Counted from the first letter of the stretch, positions 36,097-43,890 are shown. The stretch is DNA of 64,000 nucleotides from Oscillospiraceae bacterium (GCA_031268095.1 JAIRXU010000008.1:15622-79621); one strand, 5' to 3'. Numbers and translations: made by a program. The notes: generated by a model from the letters alone, not told the origin.

Positions 36097-36197
36097 TCCA
36101 CGCTCTCCCATTTTGCTTGACTCTTCCTTTGCTTCCCCTCATGGACATCAGTACGTTGGACTTCCTTTGTTTTTTTCTCGGGTCATCTATCGTCATC

Positions 36198-36215
36198 AAA
36201 TTCCCTTGGGAATTT
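36198..36215 (-). promoter_or_regulatory. 18-bp perfect palindrome between the sortase stop and the giant gene
   Basis: AAATTCCC-TT-GGGAATTT, 16 nt downstream of the sortase stop. It is not followed by a T-run, so an operator is more likely than a terminator. Confidence 0.25.
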
Positions 36216-36230
36216 TACATTGCTAAACGG

Positions 36231-37916
36231 TTACCGCATGGCCGCCGGATACAGCGGCGAAGGATTGCGGGCGGCGGTGCTGACGTCGATCTCCTCGCCT
36301 TCCCGGATCTGCCGCGCCATGACCACCAGCCGCGCTTCCCGGAAGTCGTAGGCGCAGGTGGTGAGGCTGAGCACCCGATCTCCCGGCCGGAGATCCACCG
36401 GCGTGAAGAAAAGCGAGCGCTGGCGGACTTCCGCCGCGAAACTGTCGATGTTGGCTCCCGCCGTCTGGCGTTCCAGCCGCCATTCGAAAAAGTGTCCGTT
36501 GTCCTGGGCAGGATCTGAGTTGGTGATAAATACCGCAAAAATCACCCAGTTGTGCTCTTCATAAATCGTGTCAAACGAAAACGTTGGATTCTTGAGGTAA
36601 AAGGATAGATCGCGGTACTTTGCCAGCCGGCCGAACATCGCCCCGTTGCGGCAATTATGGCCGTAAATCGCCAGATTGCTGCCTGTTTGCAGCGGCAGGA
36701 CAATGTTGCTGCTGTCCAGGAACAGGGCTCCGTACCGGCTGTATTTCTTGTCCTCGTTGTGGTCGAGGTAAAAATCGTTGTCTCCGCCCTTCATCACCGG
36801 CAAGTCCACTCCGACGGCGGGGATGGAAAGCCAGCCGGTCAAGTCGCTGTTGCGGCTATAGAGCGCGGAAAACTTCGACAGCTGTCCGCCGTTGCCGTCC
36901 GGCGTCTGCGGCGCCGCCGCGGGCTTGCTCTGCCCCTCCGCCGCGCCCGAAGGCTCGCTCTGATGATACAGTCCCGCGAGTTCCTTCGCCTTTGCCCGCT
37001 GCCGGGGCGCTTCCGTGGCGTAGTTGATCAGAAATCCCGCCGCAAAGAGAAACGCCGCGCCTGCCAGCGCCAAAACAGCCGCCGTCGCCGCCTGAAATGC
37101 TTTCCGCCGCTTCACGCGTTCCACGGGCGGCAGCGGCGCCCAGCCAGCTGCGTCCCGCTTCCGTTTTCGTTTTTTGGCGCGCGGGGGAGACGGTTCACTC
37201 GGCCGAACTACCGAAACGCCGAAAGCGAAGGGATTGACGGGCGGCGGCTTGTCCGGAACCGGCGCGGCCGACTGCTGGGCCCGGCCTTTGTCCGCTAAGC
37301 TCGCCGACGCCTCCAGACTTCCCAGGTACTCCAGCACCCGGCGCGCCCGCGCAGGCACGGCGGACACAACGTAGAGTGTCTTCGGACCGCCAGGGGTCCG
37401 GACCGTCATTTCCGCCGCCAGCGGGGTTCCCTGGTCTTCCATCCAGCGAAACGACACTGCGTTGACCGGCGTTCCCGCCGCCGCCGCCGCGGTCTTGCTC
37501 AGCGCCGCCGGCTCCGGAATATCTTCGCCCCAAAAGCCGCCCACCGTCACAACATAGGGAACCGCCGGTTCCCGCGTCAGAACCTCCCGCAGGGCGGGGA
37601 GCAATTCCTCCGGCGCGGCCAGCCGCCGCACCGCGCAGGGGCGGCACAGAAGCTCTTCGCACACTGGGGCGGCGGAGGTCCCCAAGAGGAAAACCGGTAC
37701 CGGCAGGCCCTGCCATTCCGCTTGCGCATTCCACAGATCCAACCGTTCACCCTCTTCCGTTTTCCTCGTTTTTTCCTGCTCTATTTTCTCGTTTGCGCCC
37801 GCCGCCGCCCTATGCTTCTTACCAGATGCGCTGGTCACGCCGCGCTGCCTGCGCAGTTCCTTCCGGCAGCGACCTTCCCAATTTCTCCCGCGCAGCGTGC
37901 TGGCGCGTTGCTGCAT
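36231..37916 (-). CDS. srtB: class B sortase with a ~270-aa cytoplasmic N-terminal extension
   Basis: C-terminal ~230 aa carry LTGWLSIPAVGVDLPVMKGGDNDFYLDHN, IYGHNCRNGAMFGRL (His), LSLTTCAY (Cys) and ARLVVMAR (Arg). A TM helix (AATAAVLALAGAAFLFAAGFLI) is preceded by a KKRKRKR patch and an unassigned domain. Confidence 0.8.
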   Translation of the reverse strand: MQQRASTLRGRNWEGRCRKELRRQRGVTSASGKKHRAAAGANEKIEQEKTRKTEEGERLDLWNAQAEWQGLPVPVFLLGTSAAPVCEELLCRPCAVRRLAAPEELLPALREVLTREPAVPYVVTVGGFWGEDIPEPAALSKTAAAAAGTPVNAVSFRWMEDQGTPLAAEMTVRTPGGPKTLYVVSAVPARARRVLEYLGSLEASASLADKGRAQQSAAPVPDKPPPVNPFAFGVSVVRPSEPSPPRAKKRKRKRDAAGWAPLPPVERVKRRKAFQAATAAVLALAGAAFLFAAGFLINYATEAPRQRAKAKELAGLYHQSEPSGAAEGQSKPAAAPQTPDGNGGQLSKFSALYSRNSDLTGWLSIPAVGVDLPVMKGGDNDFYLDHNEDKKYSRYGALFLDSSNIVLPLQTGSNLAIYGHNCRNGAMFGRLAKYRDLSFYLKNPTFSFDTIYEEHNWVIFAVFITNSDPAQDNGHFFEWRLERQTAGANIDSFAAEVRQRSLFFTPVDLRPGDRVLSLTTCAYDFREARLVVMARQIREGEEIDVSTAARNPSPLYPAAMR

Positions 37917-37957
37917 TGCCCTGATATTACCTCTGTTTACCCTTAATGAGTGGAGAC

Positions 37958-37986
37958 ATTATAGTCATTTATTTTACGGATGTCAA
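37958..37986 (-). promoter_or_regulatory. perfect-consensus sigma-70 promoter upstream of the sortase/adhesin genes
   Basis: Minus strand reads TTGACA (37981-37986), a 17-nt spacer, then TATAAT (37958-37963). It is about 40 nt upstream of ATG 37916. Confidence 0.6.
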
Positions 37987-38183
37987 CTCATCTTCGTAAC
38001 AAAAATGATTTTTTCTCCGACATTTTTTGCTGAAAATCGCATTGTGACAGGAAAAGGGAACATTCTCTGTCGGCTTTTCTCTAAATTTGCAATCATCTGT
38101 TTCTTTTCCCCGTTTTGTCAATTGCCGCTTTAAAATCCGTATGATAAACCGCTGAATTGCATGCTTTATTCTGCTCTTTGCTA

Positions 38184-38208
38184 AATAAAAAGGCCCGCTT
38201 TCGCGGGC
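38184..38208 (-). terminator. intrinsic terminator ending the spoVA operon
   Basis: Minus strand reads GCCCGC-GAAA-GCGGGC followed by CTTTTTATTT. Confidence 0.7.
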
Positions 38209-38220
38209 AGGCGCTGTTTT

Positions 38221-38367
38221 TTATTTCCATTGTCGGGCCAACCGCGTCGCTCCCACCGCCAGCGCGGCGGCGGCGCAGCCGAGCGCGATGCCCCGGCCAG
38301 CCTTCATCAGCGCGGCGGCTTTGTACGCGTAACGATACACTTTCAGCGCACCCGATAGTTCTTTCAT
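38221..38367 (-). CDS. 48-aa Ala/Lys-rich small protein occupying the position where spoVAE normally sits
   Basis: ATG 38365-38367 with GGGAGA 7 nt upstream. Sequence MKELSGALKVYRYAYKAAALMKAGRGIALGCAAAALAVGATRLARQWK has one hydrophobic segment. The terminator follows directly. Confidence 0.45.
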   Translation of the reverse strand: MKELSGALKVYRYAYKAAALMKAGRGIALGCAAAALAVGATRLARQWK

Positions 38368-38416
38368 ACGCCATCTCCCTTTTTTATCGATTGAAAATCG
38401 TTTGAAAGTTTTCATG

Positions 38417-39457
38417 TCATGATTCCGCTTGCAGCTCCACCGCGTGGGCGACGCCTGGGATGCTCTCTCCCTGGAGGGGAGAAACGACGGAAAGCAGCGC
38501 GCCCGTCCCGACGAAGAGAACCCGGCGCAACCGCCCGGCTTCCATCTCCGGCAGGACCTTCGCGCACAGAACCGCCGCCGAACAGCCGGTTCCCGATCCC
38601 CCTGCCGCCACTTCCTGCCGATCCAAATCATACAGCAGCAACCCGCCGTCCCGGTGCGCATCGGCGAACGCCGCGGTTTTTTCCGGACCAAGTTCCGCTT
38701 GGAGGAGTTCCCGCAGCAGCCGGCTGCCCACCTGTCCCAGATCGCCGGTCAGAATCCAGTCAAAGTCAGCGGGCTCGGTGCCGGTGTCGGCCCAGAAACG
38801 GCAGAGGGTATCGCAGGCGGCGGGCGCCATGGCGGCGCCCATGTTGTTGGCGTCGGTGACTCCCAGGTCCCGCACACGGCCCACTGTCACGGCGGAAACC
38901 CGGATGGGACGGCGGGCGGCTGCGGGAGCCGCGTCCAAAAGGACTGCTCCGGCGGCAGTGGCGGTTCGTTGCGCGCTGGGGGGAATTTGCCCGCCGAATT
39001 CCAGCGGAAAACGGAACTGCTTTTCCGCCGAACAGAAGTGGGAGGATGCGGCCGCCATGGTCCGCCGCGCCCCGCCGCCGTCAATGGCCAGCGCCGCCAT
39101 GCCCAGCGCCAGCGCAAACGTGGAGCACGCGCCGTAGAGCCCAGCCAGGGGCATGTCCATATCACGCAGGGAAAACGACGTCGCCATGCACTGATTGAGC
39201 AGATCTCCCCCAAAGAAGAGGTCCACATCCCGGGCGGCTCTTCCCGCGTCCCGCAGTGCCAGCCGCAGAGCGGATTTGTGCATCTCAATTTCCGCCTGCT
39301 CCCAGCGCTCCTGTCCCGCGCGCGCGTCCGGGAAAATCTGACAGAACCCGCTTCTGAGGGGACCTTCCCCCTCCAATTTCCCGCCCACACAGGCAAACCC
39401 CGCAATGGTTGATCCTGCGGTCAATGCAATGGTCGAAGCGCCCCTCCTCGTCGCCAT
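38417..39457 (-). CDS. spoVAD: stage V sporulation protein AD
   Basis: Thiolase-like SpoVAD pattern: FFGGDLLNQ, GLYGACSTFA, AASSHFCSAEKQFRFPLEFGGQ, GDLGQVG, GGSGTGCSA, ESIPGVAH. Confidence 0.9.
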   Translation of the reverse strand: MATRRGASTIALTAGSTIAGFACVGGKLEGEGPLRSGFCQIFPDARAGQERWEQAEIEMHKSALRLALRDAGRAARDVDLFFGGDLLNQCMATSFSLRDMDMPLAGLYGACSTFALALGMAALAIDGGGARRTMAAASSHFCSAEKQFRFPLEFGGQIPPSAQRTATAAGAVLLDAAPAAARRPIRVSAVTVGRVRDLGVTDANNMGAAMAPAACDTLCRFWADTGTEPADFDWILTGDLGQVGSRLLRELLQAELGPEKTAAFADAHRDGGLLLYDLDRQEVAAGGSGTGCSAAVLCAKVLPEMEAGRLRRVLFVGTGALLSVVSPLQGESIPGVAHAVELQAES

Positions 39458-39508
39458 GGAACCCCTCCTCCGTCTCCGATCTATACTTACTTCTCTATAC
39501 TACTTCAT

Positions 39509-39958
39509 TTACTTCTTCATCGTGGTAATCACGTAATAAATCACGCCGTAAACAGCGCAGACGCCGCTGCCCCACGCCAGCACAGGACCCGCCAGGCGGA
39601 AGATATTCTGCCCTACGCCCATGATCTTCCCATCGCTTTGGAATTCAATCGCCGGCGCCACCACCGCGTTGGCGAAGCCCGTGATGGGGACCCCCGTCCC
39701 CGCGCCGGCCACCTTGGCAATGCGGTCGAACACGCCAAAGACGGTGAGGATCGCTGTGAGAACCACCAGCGTGACCGGAACCAGAGACTGGCACATCTCC
39801 TTGGAAAAGCCCAGACGGGCGTACAGCCGCCAGAAGCCTTCTCCCAGCGCGCAGATCCCGCCGCCGACGACAAAACTCATGACGAGGTTCCTGCCGAACC
39901 GGCTGGGCGGTGTGGCTTTCTTGGTCATTTGATCGTATTCTTCCCGGGATACGGACAT
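39509..39958 (-). CDS. spoVAC: stage V sporulation protein AC
   Basis: FVVGGGICALGE.., GVFDRIAKVAGAGTGVPITGFANAV and FRLAGPV match SpoVAC. ATG 39956-39958 follows AGGAGGAA. Confidence 0.9.
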   Translation of the reverse strand: MSVSREEYDQMTKKATPPSRFGRNLVMSFVVGGGICALGEGFWRLYARLGFSKEMCQSLVPVTLVVLTAILTVFGVFDRIAKVAGAGTGVPITGFANAVVAPAIEFQSDGKIMGVGQNIFRLAGPVLAWGSGVCAVYGVIYYVITTMKK

Positions 39959-40082
39959 GGCGTTTCCTCCTGTCAAATTTCATTGATTCATGCGCTTGAC
40001 GCGCTTACTTTGCCGTCTTTTAACTACAGTATAAACTATAGTATATCCAGCCCCGGCCCAAAAACCAAGGCGAATCCGATGG

Positions 40083-40123
40083 ATAAAATTGGAATCCCCC
40101 GGTTCGTCCGAAACCGGGGGATT
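40083..40123 (-). terminator. intrinsic terminator after the MFS gene
   Basis: Perfect 12-bp stem AATCCCCCGGTT / AACCGGGGGATT with a 7-nt loop, then CCAATTTTAT on the minus strand. Confidence 0.75.
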
Positions 40124-40133
40124 GGGGGACCGT

Positions 40134-42437
40134 TTATTTTTTCTTTTTGGCCGCCTTTTCCAGCCTGCGTTCTTCTTTGAGCCGCTCCGTCTCGAGCTTC
40201 CGGGCCTCCCGTTCCAGCGCCGCTGCTTCGTCGGCCTTGCGCTCATTTTCAGCCGTCTGCGTGACGGCTTCGTCGTACTGGGCAAGGATGGCTTCCAGAT
40301 GCGTCTGGTTTTCCATTTCGGTCAGCAAGCGGCGCGCGTCCGTGAAGGGCTTCGCGGAGTTGATGAACTTGCTGCGCTCAGCCTCCATGGCCTTGATGGC
40401 CGCGTTTTTCGATTTGGCTTGCTCCCGGCTGTCTTCCGGCAGGTCGTAGAGCGCTTCGCAGGCGGCGAGGTCAGGCTCCTGAATGTCGTGATTGGGGTAG
40501 CAGCGGGTCACATTGCTCTGCGCCCTGCGCAGGGCGTTGTTATGCTCGCGCTCGATGGCCCGGAGCTTCGGGTCCGCCGAAAGCGGCACGGGCGTGAAGC
40601 GGTAAAGCCCTTCCAGCCCGGCGTCGCTGATCTGCCGCGCCAGCTCGACCTTCCGCCGAATTTCCGGGGTCTCAAATTTTTTCAGTTCGTCTACCACATA
40701 ATTAGCCACGGAAATGTCTTCGTTGCGAATCTTGGCTTCCAGGCGCTGCTTGCGGGTCATGCCGGGGGCAAGCGTCACCGGCGGCGCGCCGAAGTCCGCC
40801 CGGGCCTGACGGATGATATCCACGCCCTCCACCATTTGCCCAGGCGTGCAGACGCCGTTGCCGTAGTCTTCCAGCATCGCGCGGACACGCAGCACACGGG
40901 CCATGGCCCGCTGCTTCTTCTCGGAAATATCATAGAAGAACATCGGGATAACATTCGCCATCGCGCCGATGACGGAGGCGACAATCATGGTCTTTGACAT
41001 TTTGTGATAAACAGCGGGATCTTTCAGGGCAAAGAGCATGTTCGGGTTTCCGTAATTATCCACCGCCTGATTGCCTTTATAAATGCCGCCGCGCCGCAGC
41101 AGCGCGGGTTTGACAAAATTGGTGCCCATGCCGATAATGGATCCGACGTATCCCACCAGGCCGAACATACCGTCGATGCGTTCCCCGGAAAGGTACTGCT
41201 GCGCGTCACGGATGTCGGCGTCAATCGCCGGGCCGATGGTCTGCTGCACAGTGCCCAGGAAAAAGTTCACGTAGCGGAAAACCGCGAAGGGAATCAGCAG
41301 GTTGTACGTATTGTACGTCACCCCCAGTAGCAAGATATTCAAAACGTTGCTGCCAATCAGGACCGCCCGTTTCCCGAACCGTTTGGTCAGGAGCGGCGTT
41401 AGCAGCATCGCCCAAAGCGCGGCGTTGGAAACGAGAAAATCCACCAGCGCCCTCTGCTCTCCCGTGAAGCGTTCCTGATATGTAAATGCCCATTCCCAAA
41501 TATCTCCTGACGCGCCCTCCAAAAAGCCAACCCAGCCGGCGGCGCAGATGATCCAGAAATTCTTATTTTTCGCTACGGACCGGAACGCCTGAATAATATT
41601 GATTTTATTGATATGCTCGCGGCTTTGGATGATCCGTTCGTGGGTGGTGTAGTATCCTACGTAACTCATGGCTACACCCAGCAGCGTGATGGGAATGAAC
41701 GCATATTTATAGAGCGTAATATCAGCCGTGCGGTTGGGCAAGTGCCCGGAAATCATGGTAATAATCGGATTATAGATCGTCGGCGCGAGCGACCAGACGA
41801 TCGATGTGATGGCGATGACGTTCTGCCGTTCCTGGCTGTTGGGCGAAAGCACCCGCACCAGGTCGTTGAACCCCAGCGAATAAAACGGCCAGACCAGCTG
41901 GATCCCCAAGAACAGGAACATGATGATGCCGACTTTCATCCAATACCCGGTCCCGGTCAGGCCGCCGTCTGGCAGCCACTGATAGGGGAACCACACCACG
42001 GCGAACGCCAGCAGGACGGTAGGAATCCCGAAGCGCTTGATAAACGGGCGGAAGCGGCCGTTGCGGTTGCGGGAATTATCCACGACATGGCTGCGGAACA
42101 TCGTCAGCCAAAAACAAACAAATGTGTTCAGCACATTCATCATGGTCACATGGGTCGGATCCACGCCGAGGGCTTGGGCGATCACGGCGTTGGTGCCGTC
42201 CAGTCCGATCTTGCTCACCAGCGCGATCGCGCAGTAATAGCCGAACATTCCGACGGAATATCCCGCGATTTCCTTGTACGGGACATAGTTTCCCTTCGCC
42301 GGTTTGCTCCAGTGCAGTGCGGCTTCCGAAACAAAGCCGTTGATCTTGGCGGCAAGCCCGCCTCCCGCGTTTGCCATGGCGCTATATCTCTCCTTGTTTG
42401 ATTTTGTTTGTTCCGGACTGTGCCGGGTCTCAGTCAT
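40134..42437 (-). CDS. MFS/GPH-family transporter (~12 TM) fused to a ~290-aa cytoplasmic coiled-coil/Lys-Glu-rich tail
   Basis: The N-terminal ~470 aa show the glycoside-pentoside-hexuronide symporter-like TM pattern. The tail ends ..AAALEREARKLETERLKEERRLEKAAKKKK. The start ATG overlaps the upstream stop by 8 nt. Confidence 0.8.
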   Translation of the reverse strand: MTETRHSPEQTKSNKERYSAMANAGGGLAAKINGFVSEAALHWSKPAKGNYVPYKEIAGYSVGMFGYYCAIALVSKIGLDGTNAVIAQALGVDPTHVTMMNVLNTFVCFWLTMFRSHVVDNSRNRNGRFRPFIKRFGIPTVLLAFAVVWFPYQWLPDGGLTGTGYWMKVGIIMFLFLGIQLVWPFYSLGFNDLVRVLSPNSQERQNVIAITSIVWSLAPTIYNPIITMISGHLPNRTADITLYKYAFIPITLLGVAMSYVGYYTTHERIIQSREHINKINIIQAFRSVAKNKNFWIICAAGWVGFLEGASGDIWEWAFTYQERFTGEQRALVDFLVSNAALWAMLLTPLLTKRFGKRAVLIGSNVLNILLLGVTYNTYNLLIPFAVFRYVNFFLGTVQQTIGPAIDADIRDAQQYLSGERIDGMFGLVGYVGSIIGMGTNFVKPALLRRGGIYKGNQAVDNYGNPNMLFALKDPAVYHKMSKTMIVASVIGAMANVIPMFFYDISEKKQRAMARVLRVRAMLEDYGNGVCTPGQMVEGVDIIRQARADFGAPPVTLAPGMTRKQRLEAKIRNEDISVANYVVDELKKFETPEIRRKVELARQISDAGLEGLYRFTPVPLSADPKLRAIEREHNNALRRAQSNVTRCYPNHDIQEPDLAACEALYDLPEDSREQAKSKNAAIKAMEAERSKFINSAKPFTDARRLLTEMENQTHLEAILAQYDEAVTQTAENERKADEAAALEREARKLETERLKEERRLEKAAKKKK

Positions 42438-43140
42438 CCCATTCGCAGATAAACACTTTGTCGCTGCCGAAATCGCTGGCCTGCCAGGTGCCGTCAGGAT
42501 AAAGCGCGGTCAGCACGGCGTATTTCGCCGTGCCATAAAGACCGGCGGGTTCGCCCTCGTGCCAGTTGGAAAATGTGATGTTCTGACGGAAGAACTTTCC
42601 GTCCGCCTTCTCTTTCTGGACCCACATCCACTGATCCGCCTTTTTCTCGTCGGAGTAGCCGAAGGCGGCGACGGTTAACTTGTTCGCCGTCATTGCGCCG
42701 TACAGGAACAGGTTCTCTTCCACCGAAGAGATGGTCGCCAAATGCCCGCCCTGTTTTTTGCAATAGCGTTTTGCCTGGTCCCAGGTCTGTTCCTTATGTT
42801 CGAACCGATAGAAGCGGTAGGTATGCCCCCCGGTCTGCGTCGGGCCGGACAGCGCGGTTGGTTCCGCCGTTTTCGCCTGCATCCACCGTATGCCCAGCGC
42901 CGCGCAGACCGCCAGCGCCACCACGCCCAGCGCGATCAGTCCGGCCAGGACTTTTTTCCCGAGGGTTCTGCGCTTGTCTTTGCGCCCGGCGCCGCCGCCT
43001 TCCTCTTCGGCCTGCGCCGGAGGATCCGCCGACGCGGGTGGGTCCGCCGGCGCGGGTGGCTTTTGCTCTGTCTCCGATTCCTGCGCTGCGCCGGTTTCGT
43101 CCAGGACGTCCGGTGCCGGCGCCGACTCTCTTCTCTTCAA
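42430..43140 (-). CDS. TM-anchored protein with a canonical C-type lectin-like domain
   Basis: WDQAKRYCKKQGGHLATISSVEENLFL, WMWV, FSNWHEGEP and VFICEW reproduce the CTLD (PF00059-like) signature. It has an N-terminal acidic/Pro-rich region plus a TM helix. TTG start with AGAGGGGG 6 nt upstream. Confidence 0.7.
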   Translation of the reverse strand: MKRRESAPAPDVLDETGAAQESETEQKPPAPADPPASADPPAQAEEEGGGAGRKDKRRTLGKKVLAGLIALGVVALAVCAALGIRWMQAKTAEPTALSGPTQTGGHTYRFYRFEHKEQTWDQAKRYCKKQGGHLATISSVEENLFLYGAMTANKLTVAAFGYSDEKKADQWMWVQKEKADGKFFRQNITFSNWHEGEPAGLYGTAKYAVLTALYPDGTWQASDFGSDKVFICEWDD

Positions 43141-43271
43141 AAGATACCCCCTCTTTCTGATGCTACGTTATTAAAAATATTATATGCCATTCCCGCCAAA
43201 AAAGCAAGAGAAAAAACCTGGTTTTTGAGAAAACAGCACAAAACCCTCTCCTTTCCTGAAAATACCAGCGC

Positions 43272-43300
43272 TTGACTTTTCCGCCGTTTCGGGGTACAAT
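43272..43300 (+). promoter_or_regulatory. sigma-70-type promoter of the P-loop kinase gene
   Basis: TTGACT, 17 nt, TACAAT. Confidence 0.5.
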
Positions 43301-43315
43301 AGATATACTATATCT
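43301..43315 (+). promoter_or_regulatory. 15-bp perfect palindrome at the predicted transcription start (candidate operator)
   Basis: AGATATA-C-TATATCT lies immediately after the -10 and 12 nt before the RBS AAGGAGAG. Confidence 0.3.
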
Positions 43316-43335
43316 AAGAAGGAGAGCAACAGCTT

Positions 43336-43890
43336 ATGAAAGTCATTGCGGCAGTCGGCAAAAACGGCACGGGGAAAGATTTTTTTCTGGAGTATATCCG
43401 GGACAAATATGCCCTCCCCATGGTTTCCATCGGCGATATCGCGCGCGAGCTAGCAGCCCGGGACGGCCTGGAACTGACGAGAGAAAACCTGCATAAAACC
43501 TCCCAGAAATACATGGGCCAGTTTGGGCAGACCTTTTTCCCGGAACAGATCGTCAAAAAAATCCGCGAGAGCGGCGCGCTGGTGTATCTTGTCAGCGGGA
43601 TCCGTCCCCCGTCGGACGTGCAGTTTTTCAAGGACGCGTTCGGCGACGACTTCCTGCTGGTGGATATCGTCATCAGCGACGATGAGGTCCGCTACGCCCG
43701 CATGCTGGCCAGAGGATCCGCCCGGGACGGTAACAGCGCAGAGAAACTCCGGGAGTTCGACGCGGGCGAAGAGAGCAAGTTTCATACCTCCGAAAGCGAG
43801 AAACTGGCCAGTGTCACCATCTATAACGACGGCGGCAAGGAAGACTTCTTCGCAGCCATCGAAGGGTTCTATGAGGCGCATGTGAAATAA
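43336..43890 (+). CDS. P-loop nucleoside/nucleotide-kinase-like protein (AAA/dephospho-CoA-kinase-like fold)
   Basis: Walker A AVGKNGTGKD near the N-terminus. Size is ~184 aa. The substrate cannot be inferred. Confidence 0.7.
   Translation: MKVIAAVGKNGTGKDFFLEYIRDKYALPMVSIGDIARELAARDGLELTRENLHKTSQKYMGQFGQTFFPEQIVKKIRESGALVYLVSGIRPPSDVQFFKDAFGDDFLLVDIVISDDEVRYARMLARGSARDGNSAEKLREFDAGEESKFHTSESEKLASVTIYNDGGKEDFFAAIEGFYEAHVK

Noticed and set aside
21376-36101. Dozens of 60-700-aa ORFs on both strands inside the giant gene (e.g. 31763-33874, 26855-28540, 28565-30319, 30494-31687, 24176-25381)
   Set aside because: All lie within or antisense to the single 14.8-kb ORF, whose repeat periodicity and motifs are coherent throughout. 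Their compositions are Arg/Gly/Asp/Val-rich with no motifs.
36059-38000. c-di-GMP (or other) riboswitch controlling the sortase/adhesin genes, as in C. difficile sortase substrates
   Set aside because: The sortase leader is only ~35 nt. The 172-nt adhesin leader shows two simple palindromes but none of the GEMM-I/II conserved cores that I can recognise.
39977-40082. Sigma-G/sigma-F type forespore promoter upstream of spoVAC
   Set aside because: Such a promoter is expected on biological grounds. I could not match a convincing -35/-10 pair by eye, so no call was made.
42430-43140. Diversity-generating retroelement target (DGR variable proteins often use a C-type-lectin fold)
   Set aside because: No reverse transcriptase gene and no template-repeat copy of the 3' end was noticed in the window. 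The domain is the canonical CTLD type rather than the FGE-like CLec fold of DGR targets.
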